Positions 8,262 through 17,284 of a stretch of 64,000 bases of DNA are shown in pieces. Location of the stretch: assembly GCA_021786105.1 (NCBI GenBank), contig JAJYNW010000010.1, positions 26,301 through 90,300 of the forward strand, written 5' to 3'. Position 1 is the stretch's first letter. Each line of letters opens with the position of its first letter. The notes under the pieces are model-generated. The model was not told the origin of the DNA. It did no database searches and saw only the letters and a list, made by a program, of their open reading frames with translations. Origin of the DNA: a bacterium (GTDB lineage: Bacteria; Patescibacteriota; Microgenomatia; Daviesbacterales; UBA10151). Position numbers and translations under genes: made by a program.

Positions 8262-8591
8262 ATGGATGATATCTTTTGCAAAATTATCAGGAAAGAAATA
8301 CCAAAAGAATTTATCTATGAATCGGAAAATTTAGTGGCTTTTGAGGATATCAATCCGTCGGCAGATGTTCATATTCTGATTGTGCCCAAGCAGCATATTG
8401 AGAGTATTAGAGATGTTAAGTCAGAACACGGACAGTTGCTGACAGAGGTTTATCAGGCAGTAAATAAATTAGTGACTGATAATAATCTGGAGAATGGCCT
8501 TTATCGGGTAGTAGTAAATGGGGGTAAAGCACAACACGTGCCTCATTTACATTTCCACCTTTTGGGTGGACAATGGAAAAAGATGGTTTAG
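8262..8591 (+). CDS. HIT family (histidine triad) hydrolase
   Basis: 109 aa with the HVPHLHFHLLGG histidine triad. Confidence 0.8.
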   Translation: MDDIFCKIIRKEIPKEFIYESENLVAFEDINPSADVHILIVPKQHIESIRDVKSEHGQLLTEVYQAVNKLVTDNNLENGLYRVVVNGGKAQHVPHLHFHLLGGQWKKMV

Positions 8592-8625
8592 TGAAACAAA
8601 AAAAAGGAGGTGTTTTTTATATTTT

Positions 8626-8823
8626 ATGTCAATAGTAGTAAAAGCAGGTCCGGGCGACAGCACGGATTCGGTGATCAGGAAATTTCAGAAAAGAGTTGTA
8701 GCAGAGGGAATTGTCCAAGAAATTAGGGACAGGTCTGTTTATAGAAAACCTTCTGAACTCCGACAGGAATACTTGGCGGAAAAACGCAGAAAAATTATGC
8801 GTGCAAGAAGATATAGCAAGTGA
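8626..8823 (+). CDS. rpsU: 30S ribosomal protein S21
   Basis: AAGGAGG SD 9 nt upstream. The basic 65 aa product (KFQKRVVAEGIVQEIRDR...RRKIMRARR) is S21-like. The longer track ORF 8518-8823 is a spurious 5' extension. Confidence 0.8.
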   Translation: MSIVVKAGPGDSTDSVIRKFQKRVVAEGIVQEIRDRSVYRKPSELRQEYLAEKRRKIMRARRYSK

Positions 8824-8828
8824 TTTTT

Positions 8829-9296
8829 ATGTTACTGGATCAGATTCAAACAGATTTAAAGAATGCTCAATTGGCCCGTGATGAGGTCAAGGTTTCAACT
8901 TTAAGGTTGCTTCTGTCTGAAGCCAAGAATAAGGAAATTGCCAAAGGCGAGAGTTTGACTGATGAGGAGGTGGTTTCCCTAATCCAGCGGGAAGTAAAAA
9001 AGAGAACAGAGGCTGCTGAAGGTTTTCGGAAAGGCGGCCGAGAAGACTCAGTATTAAAGGAAGAGAGTGAGGCAAAAGTTTTAGAAAACTATTTGCCAGC
9101 CCGTCTGTCAACTGAGGAATTGACTAAAATTGTTGAGGGTACTATAAATGAGTTGGGAGCCAGTACTATGCAGGATATGGGAAGAGTGATAGGAGCGGTG
9201 ATGGGTAAGGTTAAGGGTCAAGCGAGTGGCGGTGCAGTATCGGCTATTGTTAAAGAAAAGTTGTCAACTCTACAAGAAGGCTCTTCGGAGCCGTAG
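8829..9296 (+). CDS. yqeY: GatB/YqeY domain protein
   Basis: Sits directly after rpsU, a conserved pair. The product has a YqeY-like helical sequence. Confidence 0.75.
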   Translation: MLLDQIQTDLKNAQLARDEVKVSTLRLLLSEAKNKEIAKGESLTDEEVVSLIQREVKKRTEAAEGFRKGGREDSVLKEESEAKVLENYLPARLSTEELTKIVEGTINELGASTMQDMGRVIGAVMGKVKGQASGGAVSAIVKEKLSTLQEGSSEP

Positions 9297-9372
9297 GCCT
9301 GAGCGGTTAGCGAAGGATTGCGGTCGGAATGTGGAAGATTGCCACGTCGCCTTCGGCTTCTCGCAATGACAG
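9296..9372. repeat. ~77 nt palindromic element (CCTGAGCGGTTAGCGAAGGATTGCGG...GGAAGATTGCCACGTCGC...CTCGCAATGACAG), near-identical to the copy at 39632-39711
   Basis: Direct comparison of the two loci shows shared blocks GGAAGATTGCCACGTCGC and TCGCAATGACA. It overlaps the yqeY stop and ends 10 nt before the ybeY ATG. Confidence 0.55.
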
Positions 9373-9382
9373 AGAAACATTT

Positions 9383-9796
9383 ATGGTAAATATCATTGTA
9401 AATTCTGACCCCAGATATAATATTAATAAAGACAGCATTAAGACTGCAGTATCAGAGATTTTATCCCAGCATCGTATCTCTGGTAAGGTTGAATTAGGGA
9501 TTAATATTGTGGGTGACCGGAAAATGCATGAACTCAATCGTAAGTATCGCGGTTTAGACTCTACCACCAATATTTTATCTTTTGCCTTAGAAGATTCTAA
9601 TCCGGCCAACTTGCAACATATTCCCAGGATTGGTTTTGTGGCAGCACCTGATAAGTGGTTGAGGTTGGGTGATATTATCATTTCCTACCCACAAGCTTTG
9701 GAAGATGCTTCAATGGACGGAATTTCGGTTGATGAGGAGATTAGGGATTTAGTAGAGCATGGGTTAAACCATTTATTAGGGATTCACCACAATTAA
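9383..9796 (+). CDS. ybeY: rRNA maturation endoribonuclease YbeY
   Basis: C-terminal HGxLHLLGxxH zinc motif (VEHGLNHLLGIHH). The upstream 54 nt of the track ORF is encoded by the repeat element and was trimmed. Confidence 0.85.
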   Translation: MVNIIVNSDPRYNINKDSIKTAVSEILSQHRISGKVELGINIVGDRKMHELNRKYRGLDSTTNILSFALEDSNPANLQHIPRIGFVAAPDKWLRLGDIIISYPQALEDASMDGISVDEEIRDLVEHGLNHLLGIHHN

Positions 9797-11349
9797 TGGA
9801 AAACATTGCCTATTACTTAAAGTATCGTCCCCAAACTCTTGGCGAACTGGTAGGCCAGACATCGGTAAAAAAAACTCTCCTGTCATCTTTTCAAAATAAT
9901 AAGCTGTCTCACGCGTATCTTTTTGTCGGTCCCCGCGGTACCGGCAAAACCTCAACCGCCAGAATCTTGGCCAAGATGGTCAATTGTTCCGCAGAGCAAA
10001 ATATTCCTTGCAATAAGTGCGAAGCGTGTATATCTATAACAGACGGATCAAACCTTGATCTTATTGAAATTGATGCTGCTTCCAATCGCGGTATCGAAGA
10101 TATCAGATTGCTGCGCGACAAAATCAAACTCGCCCCCACTAGTGCTAAAAAGAAAGTTTACATCATTGACGAAGTGCATATGCTAACCACGGAGGCTTTT
10201 AATGCGCTTTTGAAGACTTTGGAAGAACCTCCTAAACATGCTTTATTTATTCTGGCAACTACGGAGGGTAATAAAGTTCCCCCAACAATTTTGTCCCGGG
10301 TGCAGAAGTTAGATTTTAAGTTGGCCACCTCAGAAGAATTGTTAGAAGCTTTGAAAAAAATTGTCACGGTGGAAAAAATTGATATTGACGAAGAGGCTTT
10401 AAAAAACCTGGTTAAAAAATCAAACGGTTCTTTTAGGGATGGAGTGAAATTATTGGACCAAGTTTCAATGGGAGAGAAAATTACTGTAAAGCTCGTTGAT
10501 GAAAGCTTAAAATCTTCCCAATTTGAAAATATTTTGGAGTTAGTGCAAAGCCTAAAAAACAAAAATGCCGAGGCCTGTTTATTGAGCTTATCGGGGCAAA
10601 TAGAAAATGGGGTTGATGTTAAAGAGCTAATGCTGTCTTTGATGGATATTTTGAGGAATTTAGTTTTCATAAAAAATGGATTAGGTGAACAATTAGTAAA
10701 AGTCCATTTAACGGAAGATAAATATAAACAACTGGAAGAGCTGGCGGAAAATTTTAGCCCTGATAATCTAATCAGAGCTTTAGATATTCTGCAAATCAGT
10801 CTTGAGAAAATGAAATTTGCTCCAATACCGTCATTGCCGCTGGAATTGGCAATTGTGGAAATCTGTGGGTTAGTAAATCAGCAGGTCAGAGCATCAGCAA
10901 GTCAGCAAGTCAGTGAACCAATGGATTCTGCCGATACTCCGATCTCATCTGAAACGCAGGTAGATGATCAGATTCCGGAAGCGCCTGTCTCAGGTAATGC
11001 TGATATTGCCAAACTGAAGGAAAAATGGACTTTTGTATTAGAGACAATAAGACCCTTTAATTTTTCTCTGGAAGCATTGTTAAGATCCATTAATATTGCA
11101 GAATGCACTGAAAGTTCAGTGATCATGGAAGTGCCATACTCGTTTCATCAAAGAATTTTAGAAGCTCCAAAAAATAGGGATTTGGTGGAAGGAATTCTGT
11201 CGGATATTTTAGGAAGAAGCATTAGGATCTCTGCCGTATTGGGAAGCCGGCCGGCCAAAAAAGATGATGTTGCCAATATTGAGGTAGCCCAGGATGATGA
11301 AATTATTAGAGCAGCTGCTGAAATCTTTAACTCTGATTCTGTTAACTAA
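9796..11349 (+). CDS. dnaX: DNA polymerase III subunit gamma/tau
   Basis: Walker A (GPRGTGKTS), a zinc module (CNKCEAC) and an SRC motif. Its start overlaps the ybeY stop (TAATG). Confidence 0.9.
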   Translation: MENIAYYLKYRPQTLGELVGQTSVKKTLLSSFQNNKLSHAYLFVGPRGTGKTSTARILAKMVNCSAEQNIPCNKCEACISITDGSNLDLIEIDAASNRGIEDIRLLRDKIKLAPTSAKKKVYIIDEVHMLTTEAFNALLKTLEEPPKHALFILATTEGNKVPPTILSRVQKLDFKLATSEELLEALKKIVTVEKIDIDEEALKNLVKKSNGSFRDGVKLLDQVSMGEKITVKLVDESLKSSQFENILELVQSLKNKNAEACLLSLSGQIENGVDVKELMLSLMDILRNLVFIKNGLGEQLVKVHLTEDKYKQLEELAENFSPDNLIRALDILQISLEKMKFAPIPSLPLELAIVEICGLVNQQVRASASQQVSEPMDSADTPISSETQVDDQIPEAPVSGNADIAKLKEKWTFVLETIRPFNFSLEALLRSINIAECTESSVIMEVPYSFHQRILEAPKNRDLVEGILSDILGRSIRISAVLGSRPAKKDDVANIEVAQDDEIIRAAAEIFNSDSVN

Positions 11350-11740
11350 ATCTCGGCATCTATACCATCAAAACAAGGAAGTATTCAGAATAAATATCCC
11401 TAGTATCTAGGGCTAAAAAATTGACATTCTTGAAGCTAGATTTCTTAAATTTACGTCCTTACTATTTATAATATAACTATGATTTCTGTTTTTTCTTTCA
11501 TGTTGATATATAATAAAAACAATGAAAAGAAGACTAGTAGGGAAAGATAAAAAATCGAAAGAGTTAATAGAATTTCTAAAAAAAGGTGGCAGGGAAAGAT
11601 CAAAAGAAGATTTTAAAAAATTACTTAAAAAGGCTGTGCAGTCAATAAAGAAATAACTATAGAGATATTCAAATCTTGTAATTTGGTATTTTTATTGCAA
11701 TAATAAATTAATAATTACAAAATAATCAATTTATAGATAA

Positions 11741-12268
11741 ATGGAAAAAACAGACAAAATCATTTTAGGTTTAAGAGGAAATGAAATTTTTGCGTATACA
11801 TTATTTGTAGTTGTATTTGGTGGACTGCCAATAATAGGTGGTCTGATGTTTCTTCAACTTCCACAAGTCCAACTATTAGGATTAATTCTTTTAATTGTAG
11901 GTTTAGTTCTTACTGGATATTTTGTATTCCTTGTAATTCTGCAAAGCAAAAAAAGCGTTTCAATAGACAAAAAAATCTTAACATTGATGACTCCAAACTG
12001 GAATGGTTCCTGGATAAAAAAGACAGTAGATCTATCAAAAACAAAAAGCATTGGATTTGTAAAAACAACAAGCTTACTCTATATGAAAAACGCAATAATG
12101 CCAGTGGGTATTCAGCACTTGGCTTTTATTTACGAAGATCAAAGTATTAATCAACTACCTATAAACCAATTTAAAACCACAGATGTTAAGAAAATATTAA
12201 ACTTAATTCATCAGAATAGTCCTTCTATTGGATTTGCTCCAGAAATAACTACTTATTTGAATAGCTAA
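11741..12268 (+). CDS. hypothetical membrane protein (two N-terminal TM helices plus a bPH/YdbT-like soluble domain)
   Basis: 175 aa ORF in an AT-rich accessory region. Hydrophobic segments were read from the translation. Confidence 0.4.
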   Translation: MEKTDKIILGLRGNEIFAYTLFVVVFGGLPIIGGLMFLQLPQVQLLGLILLIVGLVLTGYFVFLVILQSKKSVSIDKKILTLMTPNWNGSWIKKTVDLSKTKSIGFVKTTSLLYMKNAIMPVGIQHLAFIYEDQSINQLPINQFKTTDVKKILNLIHQNSPSIGFAPEITTYLNS

Positions 12269-12325
12269 ATAGTAGATAAAAAGCGGGTTTAAATTGTTTT
12301 TAAAAGACAGGAGGTGAAAATTTGT

Positions 12326-12484
12326 ATGAATAACAACATCATAAAAGTGGGAGCAATTGTTTGCATAGTGACAGGATCAGGATTAGCCTTTTCAAATTTA
12401 AGTGGAAGCAATGATCATATCCCCCTACTGTACCATGGAGCGATAATTGCATTTGGTTTTTATATGCTACTAAAGAAAAATTAA
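12326..12484 (+). CDS. small hydrophobic protein (52 aa, 2 predicted TM)
   Basis: Strong SD AGGAGGTG 8 nt upstream of the ATG and a palindromic terminator downstream. Confidence 0.35.
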   Translation: MNNNIIKVGAIVCIVTGSGLAFSNLSGSNDHIPLLYHGAIIAFGFYMLLKKN

Positions 12485-12514
12485 AGTGTCAGATAAATTT
12501 ACCATCCTTAAAAA

Positions 12515-12550
12515 AGTACCTACGCGTAGGTACTAAAATTTGTTGTTTTT
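12515..12550. terminator. bidirectional rho-independent terminator candidate (perfect 20 nt palindrome AGTACCTACGCGTAGGTACT followed by a T-run)
   Basis: Palindrome read directly. A-rich upstream and T-rich downstream, lying between the convergent small ORF and the transposase. Confidence 0.5.
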
Positions 12551-12559
12551 GAGGCTGAA

Positions 12560-13620
12560 TTTGTTAAAAACACAGACTCTTTATTCTTATATAAATATAA
12601 GATGATGCAAACTAAGCAACTTTGACTTGAGAGATAACTTTTATATTAGCTATTTCACTTAGTAACTTTTCAAACATTTTATCCTGATATTTTCTGTTAT
12701 TGTATCTCCAACTATATTCATCAATATATGCCTGTAAGTATTTTTTAGATACAACTCTGTACACTCCATAAATACCTCGTTTTAGAATTGACCAAAGATT
12801 TTCAACATTCTGGGTATAAATATCACCAACTACATAAGTTTCTTTATGTTTTACAAAATCATGTTTATAACAGTGATATTTTAATTGGGTATATCCATAA
12901 TATTCATCAGTTATAACTCGGGCTTTTGCATCGACATGATTTTTAATCTGCTCAAGCAGTGTCCATTTGCCAGTATTGGGGATATGTTTTAAATATACTT
13001 TGTTGCCTCCTGTATCTGTCCCGTTTTTGTCTTGTTCATTTCTTTGCACCATTCCCATAACGACCTCTTTTGGTATTTCATTAAAGTTTGGTTTAAAAGC
13101 TCTATTTTTTCCTTTTCCTCCAATAAAAGTTTCATCTATTTCAACTGTGCCATCAAGTAGCTCACCATTACCACCTGAGCTTTCTGTACCAATCGTATTT
13201 ACCATAAGCATTCTTATTTGCTTAAACATTCTCCAGGCAGTTTTGTAGGTTACACCAAGCATCCGTTCTAATTGTTTTGCAGAAGTACCACTCCTGGTTT
13301 GGGTCATCAGATACATGGCAAAAAACCAAAGATCAAGTGGGGTTGTAGTTTTTTCAAAAATAGTTCCAGCAAGTGGATAAATGTGATGACCGCAATTATT
13401 GCAAGCGTAAGCAGTTCTTCCTTTAACAGTATAAAACTTTTCTTTTCCTTTGCATTTGGGACATTCCATTAAGTCGGAGAAACGAAGTCTTTTAATTACC
13501 TCAAGACACTGCTCATGAGTACCATATTCTTGTCTAAATTCTTTGAGGCTAAATTTCATAGGATAAACTTATCTTAGCATGAATCTTCCTTGTCGTCAAG
13601 GGATAAATGCCTAAATCTCC
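12560..13620 (-). mobile_element. IS1595-family insertion sequence (ISXO2-like); exact ends not resolved
   Basis: Single transposase ORF. A possible imperfect terminal repeat AGATAACTTTTAT (12632) versus AGATAAGTTTAT (rc of 13561-13572) is visible. The element sits immediately upstream of glyA. Confidence 0.5.
12612..13559 (-). CDS. IS1595 family transposase (ISXO2-like DDE)
   Basis: N-terminal zinc ribbon (CPKC...CNNCGHH) and a DDE transposase-like core, 315 aa. Confidence 0.85.
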   Translation of the reverse strand: MKFSLKEFRQEYGTHEQCLEVIKRLRFSDLMECPKCKGKEKFYTVKGRTAYACNNCGHHIYPLAGTIFEKTTTPLDLWFFAMYLMTQTRSGTSAKQLERMLGVTYKTAWRMFKQIRMLMVNTIGTESSGGNGELLDGTVEIDETFIGGKGKNRAFKPNFNEIPKEVVMGMVQRNEQDKNGTDTGGNKVYLKHIPNTGKWTLLEQIKNHVDAKARVITDEYYGYTQLKYHCYKHDFVKHKETYVVGDIYTQNVENLWSILKRGIYGVYRVVSKKYLQAYIDEYSWRYNNRKYQDKMFEKLLSEIANIKVISQVKVA

Positions 13621-13649
13621 CCTTGACAACCGGCTTCTTGTGGTTAACA

Positions 13650-14957
13650 ATGGTTTCTTCCATGTCATCAAAGGTTTTTAAATTAATTGCAGAAGAAGCC
13701 CACCGTCAAAAGTATGGTTTGGAAATGATCCCTTCAGAAAATTATGTTTCCAAAGATGTTTTAAGAGCTTTGGGGTCTATCCTGACTAATAAATATTCAG
13801 AAGGTTTTCCCGGCAGACGTTATTATGGCGGCAATGAAGTGATTGATAAAATTGAAAATTATGCTGTGGATTTGGCAAAGGAATTGTTCGGTGTGCCGGC
13901 CGCGTTTGTCCAATCTTATTCCGGTTCCCCGGCCAATCAGGCTATCACGATGGCAGTTTGTGAGCCGGGTGAGATAGTGATGGGGTTGGCTTTGTCTTCC
14001 GGCGGACATTTAACCCACGGTGCTAAATTAAATTTTTCCAGTATTTTCTTTAAAGCAGTTAATTATACTGTCGGTGAAGACTGGAAAATAAATTTTGGAG
14101 AACTGGAAGCTTTGGCCAAAAAACATAAACCAAAAATGATTTGGGTGGGAACGACTGCATATCCTTTTAAGCTGGATTATAAGAAATTCAGAAAAATTGC
14201 CGATGAAGTAAATGCCACACTGGTTGCAGATATTTCCCACATTACCGGGTTAATTATCGGCGGTGTTCACGAGTCACCAGTACCTTACGTTGACATCATT
14301 ATGACAACTACCCATAAAACTTTGCGGGGTCCGAGGGGAGCCATGATTTTGGTAACTGACCGGGGATTAAAAAGGGATCCGGAAATCAAAGGAAAAATTG
14401 AAAGAGCGATAATTCCCGGGATCCAGGGCGGGCCGCATAATCATCAAACAGCCGCTATTGCAGTAAGTTTAGAAGAAGCTTTAAAACCTTCGTTTAAAAA
14501 ATATGCTGCCCAAGTTGCTAAAAATGCGGCAGTGCTGGCCAGAGAATTGGGAACAGTTTCAGAAACTCATTTGATACTTTTGACTTTAACTGAATATGGT
14601 TATGGTATGGGTTATCAGGCCCAATATGCATTGGAGGAAGCGGGGATTACAGTTAATAAAAATACGATCCCCGGAGAACCAGCTTCTCCTTTTTATCCTT
14701 CAGGTATCCGCTTGGGAACGCCGGCTTTAACAACCAGAGGGATGAAGGAAAAAGATATGGTTAAGGTGGCCAGTTGGATTAAGATGGTTTTGGAAGAAAT
14801 TAGGAGTTTGGATTTGCCGGAAGAACAGGAAAAAAGAAAAGATTTCTTAAAAGAAGTTAGAGTTAAATTGCACCAAAATAAAAATTTGAAAAAAATCAGA
14901 AAAGAAGTGGAGAAATTTGCTGGAAAATTTCCTATGCCAGGTGTAGATGATATTTAG
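13650..14957 (+). CDS. glyA: serine hydroxymethyltransferase
   Basis: SHMT motifs (IPSENYVS, LTNKYSEGFPGRRYYGG, TTTHKTLRGPRG). The track ORF start at 13590 is a spurious extension into the IS flank. Confidence 0.9.
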   Translation: MVSSMSSKVFKLIAEEAHRQKYGLEMIPSENYVSKDVLRALGSILTNKYSEGFPGRRYYGGNEVIDKIENYAVDLAKELFGVPAAFVQSYSGSPANQAITMAVCEPGEIVMGLALSSGGHLTHGAKLNFSSIFFKAVNYTVGEDWKINFGELEALAKKHKPKMIWVGTTAYPFKLDYKKFRKIADEVNATLVADISHITGLIIGGVHESPVPYVDIIMTTTHKTLRGPRGAMILVTDRGLKRDPEIKGKIERAIIPGIQGGPHNHQTAAIAVSLEEALKPSFKKYAAQVAKNAAVLARELGTVSETHLILLTLTEYGYGMGYQAQYALEEAGITVNKNTIPGEPASPFYPSGIRLGTPALTTRGMKEKDMVKVASWIKMVLEEIRSLDLPEEQEKRKDFLKEVRVKLHQNKNLKKIRKEVEKFAGKFPMPGVDDI

Positions 14958-15011
14958 TTTCCCAATCCCGGTTTGTAATTTCAAATCCAAACCCGGATTG
15001 TAGGTTCAATT

Positions 15012-15857
15012 ATGAAAGTATCTGGTAAAGCAGTTGCAGCAGCCATCTCCAAAAAGCTCCAAAAAAAAATTGAAAAATTAACAGTAAAACCAACCCTCGC
15101 CATTATTTTGGTCGGAGAAGATCCTTCCTCCCGGATGTATGTTGATTTTAAAATTAAGGCGGCCAAACGAATTGGGGTGGGGATAAAATTTTATGAATTT
15201 TCCGAAGATCAATACAGAGAAACTTTAAAAACCATCCAAAAGTTAAATGCCGATAAACAAGTTCACGGGATAATAATTCAATACCCAATTTATAAAAGTT
15301 GGGACTTTGATGAGCTGTTTTCAGCAGTTGATCCAGAAAAAGATGTAGATGGCTTTCATGAAAACTCTCCTTTTGGCGGGGCTACCGCCATTGGAGTTTG
15401 GGAAATGCTGACTGCTTTTGCGCTGATTGAGGGATTTAAAAAAACAGAGGAATTTTTGAAAGATAAAAAGATTGTGGTTTTAGGTAGAGGCAAAACAGCC
15501 GGCGGCCCGATTATAAAACTTTTGGGAAGTCATGGTTTGCAGGTAACGGTGGTAGCTCACGATACTGAAAATCCGCAAAGCGTAATCAAAAGCGGAGATG
15601 TGATAATCTCGGCAACCGGGGTGAAAAATATTGTTAATAAAACTAATCTTAAAAACGGCAGCTTTGTGATTGGAGTTGGGGTGGGTAAAGAAATAGTGGA
15701 CGGGCAGTCCAAAGTTTATGGAGATATTAATGAAGAAGATGTAGAAAAAATTGCCAAATTATATTGCCCGACCATTGGTGGGATTGGGCCTTTGACAATT
15801 GTGAGTTTGCTCGAGAATACGATAGAGGCAAGTATCAGACAACAAAAAAAAGATTAA
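15012..15857 (+). CDS. folD: bifunctional methylene-THF dehydrogenase/cyclohydrolase
   Basis: 281 aa with FolD-like N-terminal catalytic and C-terminal NAD(P)-binding domains. Confidence 0.9.
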   Translation: MKVSGKAVAAAISKKLQKKIEKLTVKPTLAIILVGEDPSSRMYVDFKIKAAKRIGVGIKFYEFSEDQYRETLKTIQKLNADKQVHGIIIQYPIYKSWDFDELFSAVDPEKDVDGFHENSPFGGATAIGVWEMLTAFALIEGFKKTEEFLKDKKIVVLGRGKTAGGPIIKLLGSHGLQVTVVAHDTENPQSVIKSGDVIISATGVKNIVNKTNLKNGSFVIGVGVGKEIVDGQSKVYGDINEEDVEKIAKLYCPTIGGIGPLTIVSLLENTIEASIRQQKKD

Positions 15858-16450
15858 TACTCTTTTCTTCCTTCCAAAGCTCTGGATAAGGTTGTTTCAT
15901 CAGCATATTCCAAATCAGACCCCACCGGCAAGCCTCGGGCAATCCGGGTAACTTTTACTCCCAAAGGAGAAATCAATCTTTGGATATACATGGCAGTGGC
16001 TTCTCCTTCCATAGTCGGATTGGTGGCCAAAATTATTTCTTTAACTTTGCCATTTTTGAGTCTTGGTAAAAGTTCCCTAATATGAATTTCTGAAGGACCG
16101 ATATTTTCCAAGGGGGAAATTACTCCATGCAAGACATGGTAAAGCCCTTTAAAGTTGGCTTTCTCCAAAGCCAAAACATCCAAAGGATTTTCTACTACTG
16201 TAATTACGGTTTGGTCGCGGTTTTGGTCGGAACAAATTTGGCAGGGATCTTCTTCTCCAATATTAAAACAAATTGAACAGATTTTGGTTTTTTCTTTCAT
16301 GCCTAATGCGGCCTCAGCCAAAGCTTTGGTTTCAGTATCCGGCGCATGCAGAAGGTAATAGGTGAGTCTTTGGGCGGTTTTTGGCCCAATGCCGGGGAGC
16401 CTTTCAAATGCCTCGATTAAATTTTGTACTGACTTGGGGATTTGTGCCAT
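15854..16450 (-). CDS. recR: recombination protein RecR
   Basis: HhH (LPGIGPKTAQR), a C4 zinc finger (CSIC...CQIC) and a Toprim domain. Confidence 0.9.
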   Translation of the reverse strand: MAQIPKSVQNLIEAFERLPGIGPKTAQRLTYYLLHAPDTETKALAEAALGMKEKTKICSICFNIGEEDPCQICSDQNRDQTVITVVENPLDVLALEKANFKGLYHVLHGVISPLENIGPSEIHIRELLPRLKNGKVKEIILATNPTMEGEATAMYIQRLISPLGVKVTRIARGLPVGSDLEYADETTLSRALEGRKEY

Positions 16451-16516
16451 GGTGGGTGAATTTTACCATTTATAGGAGACCATTGCGAGCGCTAGAGGAT
16501 TGAATTGGTATAAGTT

Positions 16517-16795
16517 TTACATTCCGGGGATGCCTAAACCGCCCATCATACCTTTCATCTCGTCAGCTGCTACTTTTTGGGATTGTTTTAAGGCTTCGTT
16601 TACTGCTTCGGTAATTTTGTCAAAATTTTGTTCACCGGAAATGGAAATTATCTTTTGGTCAGCAGTCATGATTACTGTTACGCCTTTATGTTCCACTGTA
16701 ATCTTAATCCCGGCCAGCTTTTTTTGCATTTCCAGGGCCTGATCCCGCATTTTCTTGAGGTCTCCAAGTTGTTTTAAATTATCCATTAAACCCAT
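16517..16795 (-). CDS. ybaB: nucleoid-associated protein YbaB/EbfC
   Basis: 92 aa YbaB-like product immediately upstream of recR in the same orientation, a conserved pair. Confidence 0.85.
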   Translation of the reverse strand: MGLMDNLKQLGDLKKMRDQALEMQKKLAGIKITVEHKGVTVIMTADQKIISISGEQNFDKITEAVNEALKQSQKVAADEMKGMMGGLGIPGM

Positions 16796-16853
16796 ATGCA
16801 GGAATTATATAATATCTTGAAAGTGAAGTCGAGATTTATGTTAAGATATCTGC

Positions 16854-17282
16854 ATGAATAGCGGAGTTAAGCAATTTGCCGGGGAGGTAAAACAGGCCAC
16901 GGGGGAAGTGGCTCAAGATGTGAAAGACCAGTTTGGGCAGGCGTTGGAACAGGGTGCTCAATCAATTGCCGGCAGCCAACTTACCCCGCAACAAATTCAG
17001 CAAAAACAACAGGAAGACCAAAAAAAAGAGTTAGAAAGACAAAGACAGCTGGTTTATACCAGGAAGTGGCTTAAGGATTTGGAAATGTCTCAGCAAAAAG
17101 CCAGGATGGAAAATAAACAGAAAGAACAGCAAAGATTGCAAGGCCAGCAGCGAGAGGTGCAGGAGAAAAAGATGGCGGAAATCCAAAAAACACAGGCCAC
17201 CAAAAGACCTGGTGGTACTACCCAAGATGCCATTCAAAGATCTCAGGCAGAACTAAAAGTTGGAAAAGGAGTCGGAGGGTAG
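16854..17282 (+). CDS. hypothetical Q/K/E-rich coiled-coil protein
   Basis: 142 aa of low-complexity Q-rich sequence with no family assignment. Confidence 0.4.
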   Translation: MNSGVKQFAGEVKQATGEVAQDVKDQFGQALEQGAQSIAGSQLTPQQIQQKQQEDQKKELERQRQLVYTRKWLKDLEMSQQKARMENKQKEQQRLQGQQREVQEKKMAEIQKTQATKRPGGTTQDAIQRSQAELKVGKGVGG

Positions 17283-17284
17283 GG

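Noticed and set aside
8518-8625. N-terminal extension of the rpsU ORF overlapping the HIT gene
   Set aside because: The AAGGAGG SD and conserved S21 length support a start at 8626. The extension overlaps the HIT coding sequence.
10158-10670. 170 aa minus-strand ORF inside dnaX
   Set aside because: It lies entirely antisense within dnaX and is AT-rich shadow sequence.
13590-13649. Long N-terminal extension of glyA (MSSRDKCLNLPLTTGFLWLT...)
   Set aside because: SHMT alignment begins near MVSSMSSKVF. The extension reads through the IS flank.
16835-16853. Divergent promoter between ybaB and the Q-rich ORF (TTGAAA ... TAAGAT)
   Set aside because: The spacer is 19 nt and the -10 is poor, which is too weak to call.
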